IMG/VR virus record: IMGVR_UViG_3300038530_002083
Coordinates: 1-64,000 of that record
Source of the DNA: a virus
Taxonomy: Duplodnaviria; Caudoviricetes
Length of the DNA stretch: 64,000 nucleotides
Strand: one strand, 5' to 3'
The translations under genes were made by a program, and so were the position numbers. Positions within the stretch are counted from its first letter, which is position 1, and each line of letters opens with the position of its first letter. Below, piece by piece: positions 27,520 to 37,243 of the stretch. A model generated the notes under the pieces. It was given only the letters and a program-made list of their open reading frames with translations. It had not been told where the DNA came from and ran no database searches.

Positions 27520-30500
27520 CTATGCTAGTTTATTTTCTTCCGTTTTAATTGAGCCGCTTATACTAGGTATAGCAACTGTACCAGACGCACCATTATTTAT
27601 AAAAGTACATTCTACTGTGTAATTTCTATTACCTACTGATGTGTTAGTGTCTAAATAGAAAGAATTCCCTCTTAAACTAAAAGTGGTCTTATCTACCCCA
27701 ATCTCTGGTTCATTTATGTAGAAAGAAAAGCTAGGATTTACTGATAATGTGTCTATAATAGTCCCATTCCTTTTTACCACTATCTTTAACTCTAACTTAT
27801 CAGCTTGGTTTCTTTTATCACCTGCCATCTCAAGTTTCAGTACACCTAAGAATGAGACTGTGACAGCTTTCCCTGCGGAATTATGAGTAACAGTAGCGCT
27901 CCCTGTACTACTGCCAGTGTTTGAGAACCCGTTCGTTTTAGTTTCTAAAATCTCCCCTTGAAAAAACTCACCCTTAATAAAACCTGTTCCATCTTTCTTA
28001 ACCCAAAAGATACCATTAGCATCAGTTTTACTTCCCGTACCAGACCATATCATATATGTACCATCGTCCAACTCTGTACGATAACCAGAGGATGCTGTCC
28101 TTATAAGACCACCTGTAATAGTAGTACCTGATATAGAACCCCCTGTGATAGTAGTACCTGAAACGGTTGTACCTGATATAGTACCACCTGTAATAGTGTT
28201 ACCACTAATAGTTGTACCTGTAATAGTACCAGCGGTTATAGTACCTAACGTTCCTGATGCTGCAAATAACTCCCCTTTAAAAACAGAGTTATCTTCAATA
28301 ACAAGATTCTGTGCGTATGCTGTTCCATTAGATAATAAACCAAACACCATATTCTGTGTAGAGATATTACCTGTTCCGTACCACAAAGGAAATGAAGGGT
28401 CTCCTACCACCACCCTAGGGGTAGATGTACTCGCAGAAGTGCGTAGGATTGTCCCTGTGATGAGTTTACCATCTATAGCATCAGCACTAAGCTTAGTAGC
28501 AGTAACAGCTTCAGCCGCTAACTGAGTGGCTGTAATCGTGCCATCTACAATGAGATTCCCTGCTTTTTTTCTACGAACAATGACATTATCTATAAATATA
28601 GACCCATTTCTGTGAGTAAAATCTAGTGATATGTTCATCCTTGTAGTTTTAGTAGAACGCCATGTCCCTGAGAATTTTTGCCAAGTGTTATTAGTCTGAG
28701 AGTAGGGGACAGAGTACAAGATACTATTAGAGTCTAAAGAGTCACCTATCCTTAGTTTACTGTTACCATCCCCGTCCCAAGAAGAGTTAGTGTATGCATA
28801 GAACTCTATATAGAGTTCCTCTTCTTCGTTAATTTGGGGATTAAAATTTAAACTTACCTTCTTTATTCCAGAGTTTATCTGGGAAACCCCAAGAGATTTA
28901 GTTCCACTAAAAGGCAGAACACTGCTAATAGATGCTGCCCCGTCTATACCTTCCCAAGGGACTTCCTCTAAAACTTCAAAGTCACTACCATACGTAAGGT
29001 TTTCAAAATCACTGATTACCAGATTTTTACTAGTGATAGTATCAGCCGCTATAAGCTCACCAGTAATAGTTTCCGCAGCGATCTTACTTCCTACAATAGC
29101 CCCTGCTTTGATAGCGTCAGTCTCAATAGCGTTAGACTGAATAAGACTTGCGGTAATAGTATTAGCTTGAATCTTATCGCCTGTAATAGTATTACCAGAG
29201 ATATTATCACCGATGATCGTGTTGGAAGCTATCTCATTTGCAGTGATGCTTCCTGCTGTTATTTCTCTAGCACCAATCGTGTTAGCAATAATTTTATCAC
29301 CGCTAATGGTATTGGCTGCAATTTCATCACCTGTGATAGTAAGAGCAGCTATTTCTCCTGCGGTAATACTATTAGCGGTTATTTCTCTAGCACCAATAGT
29401 ACCTGCTACAATTTTATCAGCATGTAATGTATTAGCAGTAATCCTGTCACCATTAATACTATTAGCTGTCATAGAGTTGGTTTCAACAGCACCAGCAGCA
29501 ATCTTAGCAGCAGTAACCGCATCAGCGGCAAGCTCACTAGTAGTGATAGCATTAGCAGCTATTCTATCAGCCCCTATGCTATTCGCTACAATCTTATCCG
29601 CACTAAGGGTGTTAGTTGTTATTCTATCACCATTAATACTATTAGCAACCATTTTATCCGTAGAAATACTTCCTGCTGCAAGGTTTCCTGCTTGTATAGT
29701 AAGAGCAGCTATCTTTTCTGAGGTAATACTTTCTGCTACGATCTTAGATGCATCTAATGTATTAGTGAGTATCCTATCCCCATTAATAGTATTAGCTGTC
29801 ATCTTATCAGTAGTAATAGCACCGGATACAATCTTAACAGCAGTAACACTATTAGAAGCTAACTCATCTGAAGTTATAGCACTAGCCGCTATTTGGTCAG
29901 CAGTTATAGTATTGGCTATTAATTTACTCCCTGTAATAGTATTACCTTGGATCAAATCCCCTGTAATAGTGAGAGCCGCAATCTCTCGTGAGGTAATACT
30001 ATTAGCTAGTATCTTATCAGCCGTGATAGTATTTGCAGCTATCTTATCACCTGTAATAGCAAAAGCTGCTATCTTAGAACCAACGATACTATTAGCTGCT
30101 AAAAGAGGAGTAGTAATAGCGTTATCGGATATCGAAGTAGTCTGTATAGGGAAAAGACTATTAACCTGATTAATACCTTTAGCTGCTTTAATTTCTGCAA
30201 TAGTGTTATTGATTAAAGAATTAACATCTTCTACAATGTATATCCCTTCATTAATCTCTTCACTATTCAATTCTAAACTATCTAAGTCTTGCTGAACTTG
30301 GTCTAACGTATCCGTAACATTAGGGATGATATTATCATTTAAGTTAGCTACATCAGACTCTACTGCACTTAACTCTGTTTGAATTTGAGGAACTACAGTG
30401 TTGTTTAGAGTGTCTATATCTGCCTGTGCTTGGCTTAAACCATTTTGTAATCCTGTTAGGTCAAGATTATCTAAATCGTCTTGTACGGCTTGTACAGAAG

Positions 30501-31266
30501 CTTCTAGCGCAGGTAAAGTAGTGTCATTAAGAGTTGCTAAGTCTTGATTGATTAGGTCTAACTCTTGTTGTAGTTCTGTAAGGTCAACTCCATTAAGGTT
30601 TTCAATTTCTAACTCTGCTTGTGTTAGTCTAGCCTCTAGTGCAGGAAGGGTAGTGTTATTAAGGGTATCTAGTGACCCCTCTAATTGAGAAATAGATTCA
30701 TCTAGCTCCGGCAAGTCTACTTCATTTAGATTCGCTAAGTCTTGTTCTACTTGAGCTATTGTAGCATTAACTTGAGGTAAGACAACATTGTTAAGGTTAT
30801 CTAATTCTGCCTGTAATGCAGGAAGCTTCTCATTATTAACAACATCTAATTCTGTATTTACTAGAGTAATTTCTTTAGCAAATCTTTTGTTAGTTTTAGC
30901 GTTATCTATAACAGCATTTACTTCAGCTACAATAGTAGTGTAAGGGTTCTCGAAATCCTCTCCTAAGATTTCATTAATCTTAAGTTCAATTTCACGTTGG
31001 ATTCGTTCAGATGCGATTGCTTCTGATACTTGGTCTTCTAGTTCTTGTTCAAAAGAAGATTCTATATCAGGTAATAGTTGATCTACTATTTGCTGAATAA
31101 AATCTTCACCTTGACCAGAAACAGTATCAAGGATTAACCCTTGAAAGTTGCCAAGCTTTATTTTATAATCTTGCCCATCAGTAACCCGTTTAACGTAGAA
31201 GACAAAGTTTTCTTCATCAGTTAACGTAGCTATCTCAGGAAAATCTGTAATCTCGAATTGTGCCAT
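27520..31266 (-). CDS. long tail fibre protein
   Basis: Coiled-coil repeats (LNNTTLPAL), about 38 decapeptide repeats (ITADKIAANT), carbohydrate-binding-like insert, GTTIT repeats. Confidence 0.8.
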   Translation of the reverse strand: MAQFEITDFPEIATLTDEENFVFYVKRVTDGQDYKIKLGNFQGLILDTVSGQGEDFIQQIVDQLLPDIESSFEQELEDQVSEAIASERIQREIELKINEILGEDFENPYTTIVAEVNAVIDNAKTNKRFAKEITLVNTELDVVNNEKLPALQAELDNLNNVVLPQVNATIAQVEQDLANLNEVDLPELDESISQLEGSLDTLNNTTLPALEARLTQAELEIENLNGVDLTELQQELDLINQDLATLNDTTLPALEASVQAVQDDLDNLDLTGLQNGLSQAQADIDTLNNTVVPQIQTELSAVESDVANLNDNIIPNVTDTLDQVQQDLDSLELNSEEINEGIYIVEDVNSLINNTIAEIKAAKGINQVNSLFPIQTTSISDNAITTPLLAANSIVGSKIAAFAITGDKIAANTITADKILANSITSREIAALTITGDLIQGNTITGSKLIANTITADQIAASAITSDELASNSVTAVKIVSGAITTDKMTANTINGDRILTNTLDASKIVAESITSEKIAALTIQAGNLAAGSISTDKMVANSINGDRITTNTLSADKIVANSIGADRIAANAITTSELAADAVTAAKIAAGAVETNSMTANSINGDRITANTLHADKIVAGTIGAREITANSITAGEIAALTITGDEIAANTISGDKIIANTIGAREITAGSITANEIASNTIIGDNISGNTITGDKIQANTITASLIQSNAIETDAIKAGAIVGSKIAAETITGELIAADTITSKNLVISDFENLTYGSDFEVLEEVPWEGIDGAASISSVLPFSGTKSLGVSQINSGIKKVSLNFNPQINEEEELYIEFYAYTNSSWDGDGNSKLRIGDSLDSNSILYSVPYSQTNNTWQKFSGTWRSTKTTRMNISLDFTHRNGSIFIDNVIVRRKKAGNLIVDGTITATQLAAEAVTATKLSADAIDGKLITGTILRTSASTSTPRVVVGDPSFPLWYGTGNISTQNMVFGLLSNGTAYAQNLVIEDNSVFKGELFAASGTLGTITAGTITGTTISGNTITGGTISGTTVSGTTITGGSISGTTITGGLIRTASSGYRTELDDGTYMIWSGTGSKTDANGIFWVKKDGTGFIKGEFFQGEILETKTNGFSNTGSSTGSATVTHNSAGKAVTVSFLGVLKLEMAGDKRNQADKLELKIVVKRNGTIIDTLSVNPSFSFYINEPEIGVDKTTFSLRGNSFYLDTNTSVGNRNYTVECTFINNGASGTVAIPSISGSIKTEENKLA

Positions 31267-31318
31267 TATGATTCCTTATAAAGAGGGGAATACCCTCTTA
31301 TGAGATACAGAAGGTATT

Positions 31319-32029
31319 CTATGCAACACGTACCCACATATACTCTGCGATATAAGGGCTAACATTGCTAGAAGAGTTAATTCCACCAGAGGTTGTGTGG
31401 GTATGCGACCCTGAAGTAGAAGTGTCATTAGAGTTAGCCGCATGAGCTAAAGACTCTTGGAAGTGACCTTCTTCTCTATCTCCCGACCCTGTAACAAGCC
31501 TTCCTTCTATACTATCTTGATATCGAGCGAAGAAGCCTCCATTCTGGTCTGCCCCCCATCCATCTCTAGGTACGGTATGAGTATGTGACCCCGCAGAGTT
31601 AATAGTGATGTTGTTAGAGTGAGAGTGAGTCTTAGACCCTCCTGTCTTACCAGCAGCATTGTAGTCAGAATCGTTCTCATCTACACCTACAATCATCTTA
31701 CCTTTGATGCGCTCCCATGTACCAAAACCAAAACGAGATGCAGGACTTTGAGAGGTAGCACTAATGTATACTGCACCTACATGGAAGATTTGTTCAAGTA
31801 GTGCTGACCCTGCACTTACTGCTAAACTATCCAATTGATTTTGTAGATCAGTAAACATCTCGTGGTATTTGTCAAACATATAGTTAACATGGGCACGAGC
31901 TAGAGGTTCATTACGTTTTAAACCGTCATTCTGAAATTCAGCGGTAGGGGCTACCTTGTTAGGGGCGTTAGTTGTAGGGTCTGTGACACTGTTATCTGCC
32001 CACTTTATTTCGTTAGTGTTAATTGCCAT
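31319..32029 (-). CDS. baseplate/short fibre protein (T4 gp10 C-terminal-like)
   Basis: HVGAVYIS..SPASRFGFGTWE, TGGSKTH, SPYIAEYMWVRVA. Confidence 0.75.
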   Translation of the reverse strand: MAINTNEIKWADNSVTDPTTNAPNKVAPTAEFQNDGLKRNEPLARAHVNYMFDKYHEMFTDLQNQLDSLAVSAGSALLEQIFHVGAVYISATSQSPASRFGFGTWERIKGKMIVGVDENDSDYNAAGKTGGSKTHSHSNNITINSAGSHTHTVPRDGWGADQNGGFFARYQDSIEGRLVTGSGDREEGHFQESLAHAANSNDTSTSGSHTHTTSGGINSSSNVSPYIAEYMWVRVA

Positions 32030-32044
32030 TTTATTTATTTCCTA

Positions 32045-32728
32045 TTACTTTGTATACACTTCACAAGGGATTCCATATTCAGTTAGTGAACCGTCTAGTT
32101 CAGATAATGTACCTCGCCAAGCATTTTCTGAAAGCTCCGCACCTAAACCTCCTACAATAATATTGTTACCATTATTGTCTACCACTTCATCTCCGTTATT
32201 ATCTACTAGTATACCTGTCTCTCTAACTAACTCCGCAGGAATTAATGCTACGTCATCAGGGTCATGGTAAACTTGAATAGCTCCATGTGAAATAGGAGCA
32301 GCTTTCGTTAAAGTAGATGCTAAAGTGGAAGGGATTGTAGTACCATTAGTATATAGATTGCCTCCTACAGGATAGTGAGGGAAACTTTTAACTATGGTAG
32401 CATTAGTTATCAGAGATAATATTTCTAAGATATCATCAGGTGTTCCTTCAGAGGTATTTATCAATATCTGTAGTTGTATAGCTTCTCTATATGAAGTGTC
32501 TGACCTACCCCCACGTTTGATACCTACTATCTTACCTATGTAGTCAAGTTGAATACCAAAAGCGGTTTGGATAGACCTATTATTAAGCAGGTCAAACAAA
32601 GAATCTTCTGTGGTCTGCACTCCCTTCATCCAGCCTTTTAAGAGAGCTTCGATATTAGGTTTATCTTTAAATTGCTCTAATAAACGACTGAATGCTTGGT
32701 CTTCATGGTTCTTGACTACTGGTATCAT
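32045..32728 (-). CDS. baseplate wedge protein (DUF2612-like)
   Basis: AFGIQLDYIGKIVGIKR. Confidence 0.75.
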   Translation of the reverse strand: MIPVVKNHEDQAFSRLLEQFKDKPNIEALLKGWMKGVQTTEDSLFDLLNNRSIQTAFGIQLDYIGKIVGIKRGGRSDTSYREAIQLQILINTSEGTPDDILEILSLITNATIVKSFPHYPVGGNLYTNGTTIPSTLASTLTKAAPISHGAIQVYHDPDDVALIPAELVRETGILVDNNGDEVVDNNGNNIIVGGLGAELSENAWRGTLSELDGSLTEYGIPCEVYTK

Positions 32729-34170
32729 TGTTGTACCACCTGTATTCTAACTGCATCGAAATCAGCTTTAGTTCTTCCATCGATAGCAATACGGTCTGTA
32801 GAATATTGAACTTCGTCAGGAGTAGGAGAGGCAGGGTTAACTGATGTACCTACTTCTACTGTCATTTCTGCGATACCGTTGACTGCATTGTAGATGTATC
32901 CAATAAAACGTTGCGGTATTACATCTTCATCTAAGGAAAGAAGATCGCCTACTTCTAGAACAGTGTCTTTAATAGTTTGGATTCCATCGTCAGGGAAAGT
33001 CTCTTCGTCATAAGCATCAAAAGTTACTCTGACATTAATATAACGTAAGGTAGGTCTAGACCACTTAACTGCTTCATTGTTCCCTGCATAATCTTGAACT
33101 ATAGTTGTTGTAGTTCCATACGTTTCTACTCCAAGAGGCATAGTTTCATAAATAGTCTGCCCAATAGTTTGTTCATCCCCACCTTGAACTATACATTCGA
33201 AACTCTTATAAGGAAGACCATTAGTATTGACTGTACCACTCTTATTCTCAAATACTCGTACTTGAGATACACCAGTTATATTAGAGAGTTTTGAGAACAT
33301 AGCGGGGGCAGTAGCGTTCCCTGATATTTGGGTACTACCTGCGTGACGTATCCGTAATTCTTCGTCTGTCTCTTTTTCTCTACCTACTGTGAGTTTGAAA
33401 TAGTTATATACCTCTTGTATACCCCCTACAGGGCTTACTAGGGTGTTTAGTGTGCCTATCTCAGGGTCTATTTGCCCTACTCTCGTTGCGGTGACAACTA
33501 CTGGGACTTCCACCTCTGTAACTTCTAAGTTAGGGTTAGGTACAACAGACATTGTATTCGATTTGTCGATTAACTCTATTTCAAGCTCTGTGCTGCTAGG
33601 GAATCCTAATCGAATACTAGTAGGAGCAGAACCTTGAATCTCGTTATATAAACCTACCACAATGGCAGAAGGTGACGTAGTGTTTTGGTAGGTTACGCTA
33701 TAAGTAGTCCCATCGATAACTACAGAGAAAATACCTGTACTATTTGTAGGAGATACTACTACTTTAGTTGCATTAAGATTGCTTACATCTGCTGCAATAG
33801 AGTTAGTGTACTGATTACCTTGCGTATCAGAGAAAACCGTACCAGCAGGGATAGAGGAGCTTATAACGACACTAGATACATGAATAATACCTGTAGAAAA
33901 ACTCTCATTCAACCTTTTTAGCTTTGTAAGCGCTACAAGGTCATCTAAGTATTTACCCTCTGCTTTATCTATGTTAAAGTTGTCAGCTACCGCTTGTGCT
34001 AACTCTTCGATATCTGCTACTGAAGAAGCGAAAATATTAGTAATGATACTAAGAACTTGATCAGGAGAAGTGTCTAATTCTATAGCTAAGTTACTAGCCA
34101 TTTCTTCAAACATCTCAGACCTAATATCTGGGAAACGTCTAGCATCAAAACCTGTATTGGTTAATGACAT
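32725..34170 (-). CDS. baseplate J-like wedge protein
   Basis: AEGKYLD, GREKETDEELR. Confidence 0.85.
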   Translation of the reverse strand: MSLTNTGFDARRFPDIRSEMFEEMASNLAIELDTSPDQVLSIITNIFASSVADIEELAQAVADNFNIDKAEGKYLDDLVALTKLKRLNESFSTGIIHVSSVVISSSIPAGTVFSDTQGNQYTNSIAADVSNLNATKVVVSPTNSTGIFSVVIDGTTYSVTYQNTTSPSAIVVGLYNEIQGSAPTSIRLGFPSSTELEIELIDKSNTMSVVPNPNLEVTEVEVPVVVTATRVGQIDPEIGTLNTLVSPVGGIQEVYNYFKLTVGREKETDEELRIRHAGSTQISGNATAPAMFSKLSNITGVSQVRVFENKSGTVNTNGLPYKSFECIVQGGDEQTIGQTIYETMPLGVETYGTTTTIVQDYAGNNEAVKWSRPTLRYINVRVTFDAYDEETFPDDGIQTIKDTVLEVGDLLSLDEDVIPQRFIGYIYNAVNGIAEMTVEVGTSVNPASPTPDEVQYSTDRIAIDGRTKADFDAVRIQVVQQ

Positions 34171-34179
34171 ATTACATCC

Positions 34180-34545
34180 TTAAAAATTTATGTTCTGTTC
34201 TACTGTAACTATTTCTCCTGTCACGGTAGTTACATTAAAAGTTAAAGAGTAAACACCACTGGTAGATAAAGTAGAAGAGAAACTATTTAAAGATACAACA
34301 CCTTCGTCATTGTTAATCTCACTCTTAAATATAGTATCTGCCACCGCTTTAGCATTACCACTCTTCCTAAATATTCTTTGGAAATACGGTATTCCTTCGG
34401 ACAAATCTAGATACCACTCACCTAGGTAAGTTCTAAGCTTGATCAGAAGACGTTGTGCTGTTAAATCTTGTTGTGTAGAGATTAAAGATAATTTCCCTTC
34501 AGTGAGGTCAAAGTCTCCGTCTCTTTTTAAATATATATCTGACAT
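34180..34545 (-). CDS. baseplate wedge/sheath initiator (gp25/gp46-like)
   Basis: QRLLIKLRTYLGEWYLD..GIPY. Confidence 0.75.
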   Translation of the reverse strand: MSDIYLKRDGDFDLTEGKLSLISTQQDLTAQRLLIKLRTYLGEWYLDLSEGIPYFQRIFRKSGNAKAVADTIFKSEINNDEGVVSLNSFSSTLSTSGVYSLTFNVTTVTGEIVTVEQNINF

Positions 34546-34553
34546 ATTACCCT

Positions 34554-35255
34554 CTACTTAATTGTATCAATAAGACTTTTGAGGGTTTCAAAAGCTGCCT
34601 TATTATCGATAGGAGTACCACCAACTGTTATCTTACTTATTTCGTCAGTTAAATCTGACAAGTAACTTACTATATCTACGGTACTATTACCTATGATAAC
34701 TTTATTCGTATCCACTGAATAAGCTTCTCTATAGCTCTGTACGGAGCTTTTAGCGTCAATGACTACATTATCTTTTGTAGTTAGAGAAGTCTCCCCAGAG
34801 GGCGTTACAGACAGCTTAAAGTCCTTAAAAGTTACTTGGAAGTTATCTTTGTGAGCTTTTATAGAAGAACTAGTAGGGTGTATACAAGGGATAGCTACCG
34901 CATCTGTAAGAGAAAACTTTCTAAACGTTTGAGGGGACTCATCTTTAGTACCGTCATGTAAAAATTTGTCAATGTCTTCTTGAGCGAACATTAACATAAC
35001 AGGGTCGTCTACTTTCAAAGGGAAAGATACGATACCTTCAGAGCTAGAAGGAAACATAACAGGGACATTGGTTATCTCCTGTCTTTTGAATACCTCTCCG
35101 TTCTTGTACGCCTTGTGGTTAACTATCCTTACAGATACCCATTTGATATAATCTCCTTCAGTAACTACTTCTGTAATGTAGGCAGGGACACAAGTGTTTA
35201 GTGAGTTTTTAAATTTATTAATGAAAGAGTCTATTACTTCTGGTAAAGTTGTCAT
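34554..35255 (-). CDS. baseplate spike (Gp138-like)
   Basis: NVPVMFP..FPLKVDD, FSLTDAVAIP. Confidence 0.8.
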   Translation of the reverse strand: MTTLPEVIDSFINKFKNSLNTCVPAYITEVVTEGDYIKWVSVRIVNHKAYKNGEVFKRQEITNVPVMFPSSSEGIVSFPLKVDDPVMLMFAQEDIDKFLHDGTKDESPQTFRKFSLTDAVAIPCIHPTSSSIKAHKDNFQVTFKDFKLSVTPSGETSLTTKDNVVIDAKSSVQSYREAYSVDTNKVIIGNSTVDIVSYLSDLTDEISKITVGGTPIDNKAAFETLKSLIDTIK

Positions 35256-36280
35256 ACTTTTTCACACTCCACTTTAGTATCCCAAGCTGCGCCTCTATAG
35301 TCTAACTGATGTGATACAGAGATAATCTTATACAATCCATAATACTTAGTATGCTTATCGAGAGGGTCAGACGTAGGGACTATATTAATAAACTTACCTT
35401 CTGCAATAGTTCCATTAAGAAATGTAGTTAACGTTATGCGACTCTTCTCTTTCGTGTTAGAGTCTCGTTTTACATCTTGTTCTCCATCCGATATCCCTTT
35501 TATTAAGGACATATCGAGTTCTACTACATCTCTTACTCTGTTTTCGAAAGCAGACTGTATATATAAGACCCCATTTACGATATACCACTGGTAGTTAAAG
35601 GCATCACATATTTCATCTGTTAAGTCTCTAAGATAACCTTCTCCTGTCCAACCTCCTCTAAAAGGTACAGTAGAGGGATGGATCGGTAAGTCATCAAACC
35701 TGATAGAACTGTTAGTTGAAGCTATCCCATTCTTATTCCACACGCTAATTAGATAATCAAATACATCATTAGCTGTTACAGGAACTTCCTCTGTAGATTT
35801 AAGAGATTTATTCACTTTAATAGCAGTAGAAGGTGTATACCCATCTTGGCATATAAGTTCTACATAGCTATCATGCCTTTTAGTAACATGCTTAGATTGT
35901 TTTACTTGCCCTGAGAAGATAACAGGAAGATTATCATTAAGGTAATCATCTTCATAACCTGCTTTTAAGATAACTTTAAGATTACTCATTGTCAAAGCTC
36001 TTACTGTCTCTTCTGACAAGTTATAAACTTTGATTGTACATCCTCTCGCGTTAGACCCTTTACTTTCCACATTACCATTTACGGTAGCAGTTAGTTGGTT
36101 TTCTGTAACACTCTTACCTGTACCTTCCGCTGTCTGTACAGCCATAAAATTAATAGGACTATCAAACGTTAATGTGTTAGAGTCTGTGGCATTAAGAGAA
36201 GGGTATACAGGGTCTTGTAGTCTATATGTCTCAGGAAACCCTACAAGAAGTTCATAGTATCTAGAATAATTGTACTGCAT
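35252..36280 (-). CDS. baseplate hub protein
   Basis: IKVYNLS, LKAGY, IFSGQV, synteny. Confidence 0.75.
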   Translation of the reverse strand: MQYNYSRYYELLVGFPETYRLQDPVYPSLNATDSNTLTFDSPINFMAVQTAEGTGKSVTENQLTATVNGNVESKGSNARGCTIKVYNLSEETVRALTMSNLKVILKAGYEDDYLNDNLPVIFSGQVKQSKHVTKRHDSYVELICQDGYTPSTAIKVNKSLKSTEEVPVTANDVFDYLISVWNKNGIASTNSSIRFDDLPIHPSTVPFRGGWTGEGYLRDLTDEICDAFNYQWYIVNGVLYIQSAFENRVRDVVELDMSLIKGISDGEQDVKRDSNTKEKSRITLTTFLNGTIAEGKFINIVPTSDPLDKHTKYYGLYKIISVSHQLDYRGAAWDTKVECEKV

Positions 36281-36620
36281 TGTTTACTCCAAATAAAACA
36301 GCCTCTTCTTCAGACACCCATGCCAGTCTATAAGCCTTTCCTCTCCCTAAGTTAGAAAAAGACAAAGGGGAGTAGTCATTACTTACCCTAAGGCAAACTA
36401 AGACCCCTTCGAAGTCTTCTAGTATATACCTGTTGGTTACAGCTTGGTTAGGTTCAAGTTTAACTCCACTAATAATCTCTACTTGAGCAGAGGAGTCTAG
36501 TAAGGTTATATACCAACTGTCATTACGGGAGTTATACTTAAAAACTAGGACATAAGAAGAATTACCTAATGTAACGCGTTGTTCTGAATAAGGGGTACTT
36601 GAATTATTAATAAATAGCAT
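36261..36620 (-). CDS. virion structural protein (baseplate region)
   Basis: FKYNSRNDSWY; synteny. Confidence 0.65.
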   Translation of the reverse strand: MLFINNSSTPYSEQRVTLGNSSYVLVFKYNSRNDSWYITLLDSSAQVEIISGVKLEPNQAVTNRYILEDFEGVLVCLRVSNDYSPLSFSNLGRGKAYRLAWVSEEEAVLFGVNNAVQLF

Positions 36621-36622
36621 AA

Positions 36623-37243
36623 TTACTCATCTCCCACAATAGCCCTTCCAAAAGCTCCTGCCGCTTGAGCAAAGAAATTTGACCCTACGAACTCTTGTCC
36701 AGCATTGATAAGAAGTGTAGTCTGTAGAGGCTTCTCTTCTGTACTATTATCGCCTTGTTTAGCTTTAGCTCTGGCTTGTTTCTCTGTCTCAGGGGCTTGA
36801 GGAGGAAAGGTTATATTTTTAGCTTTGTTAGTAATGATTATCTGCTTGAGGTCGATATTAACTGACCAAGAAGACCCCATACCTGAACTCTTTAAAAGGT
36901 GAACATTCTCTATCACTACATTGTCATAGGTCTCAAGAGAGTCATCTACAGCTAAGGTAAATACAGCTTTAGTGTCCATTAGATTATGAAAAGCTTTAAT
37001 ACTATCTTCAGGACTTCTATAGTATTCTAGGCTGTAGTTTCTAACATCAGTTAATATACCTTTTAGATTAAACCTGATAGGTTCAGGGAAAGAATTATCG
37101 GTGACAGAGAACCCTTGTTCCACAGGAACGTCTGTCACACTATTTCTTTTAGTTATCCCTATTTCAGAGGTGCAGGTAAGTTCGTAATATTCTACGAGAC
37201 CTCCTGCTTCTTTTTGATGTATAATATAAATTTCACTAGACAT
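36623..37243 (-). CDS. tail tube initiator/Dit-like protein
   Basis: VTDVPVEQGFSVTD; follows tape measure. Confidence 0.7.
   Translation of the reverse strand: MSSEIYIIHQKEAGGLVEYYELTCTSEIGITKRNSVTDVPVEQGFSVTDNSFPEPIRFNLKGILTDVRNYSLEYYRSPEDSIKAFHNLMDTKAVFTLAVDDSLETYDNVVIENVHLLKSSGMGSSWSVNIDLKQIIITNKAKNITFPPQAPETEKQARAKAKQGDNSTEEKPLQTTLLINAGQEFVGSNFFAQAAGAFGRAIVGDE

Noticed and set aside
29213-30169. 318-aa plus-strand ORF (and 28145..28525)
   Set aside because: Antisense shadow of the repeat region of the tail fibre; no RBS, mirrored periodicity
25815-31266. Diversity-generating retroelement or invertible shufflon at the tail fibres
   Set aside because: No reverse transcriptase, invertase, TR/VR pair or inverted cassettes seen in the window
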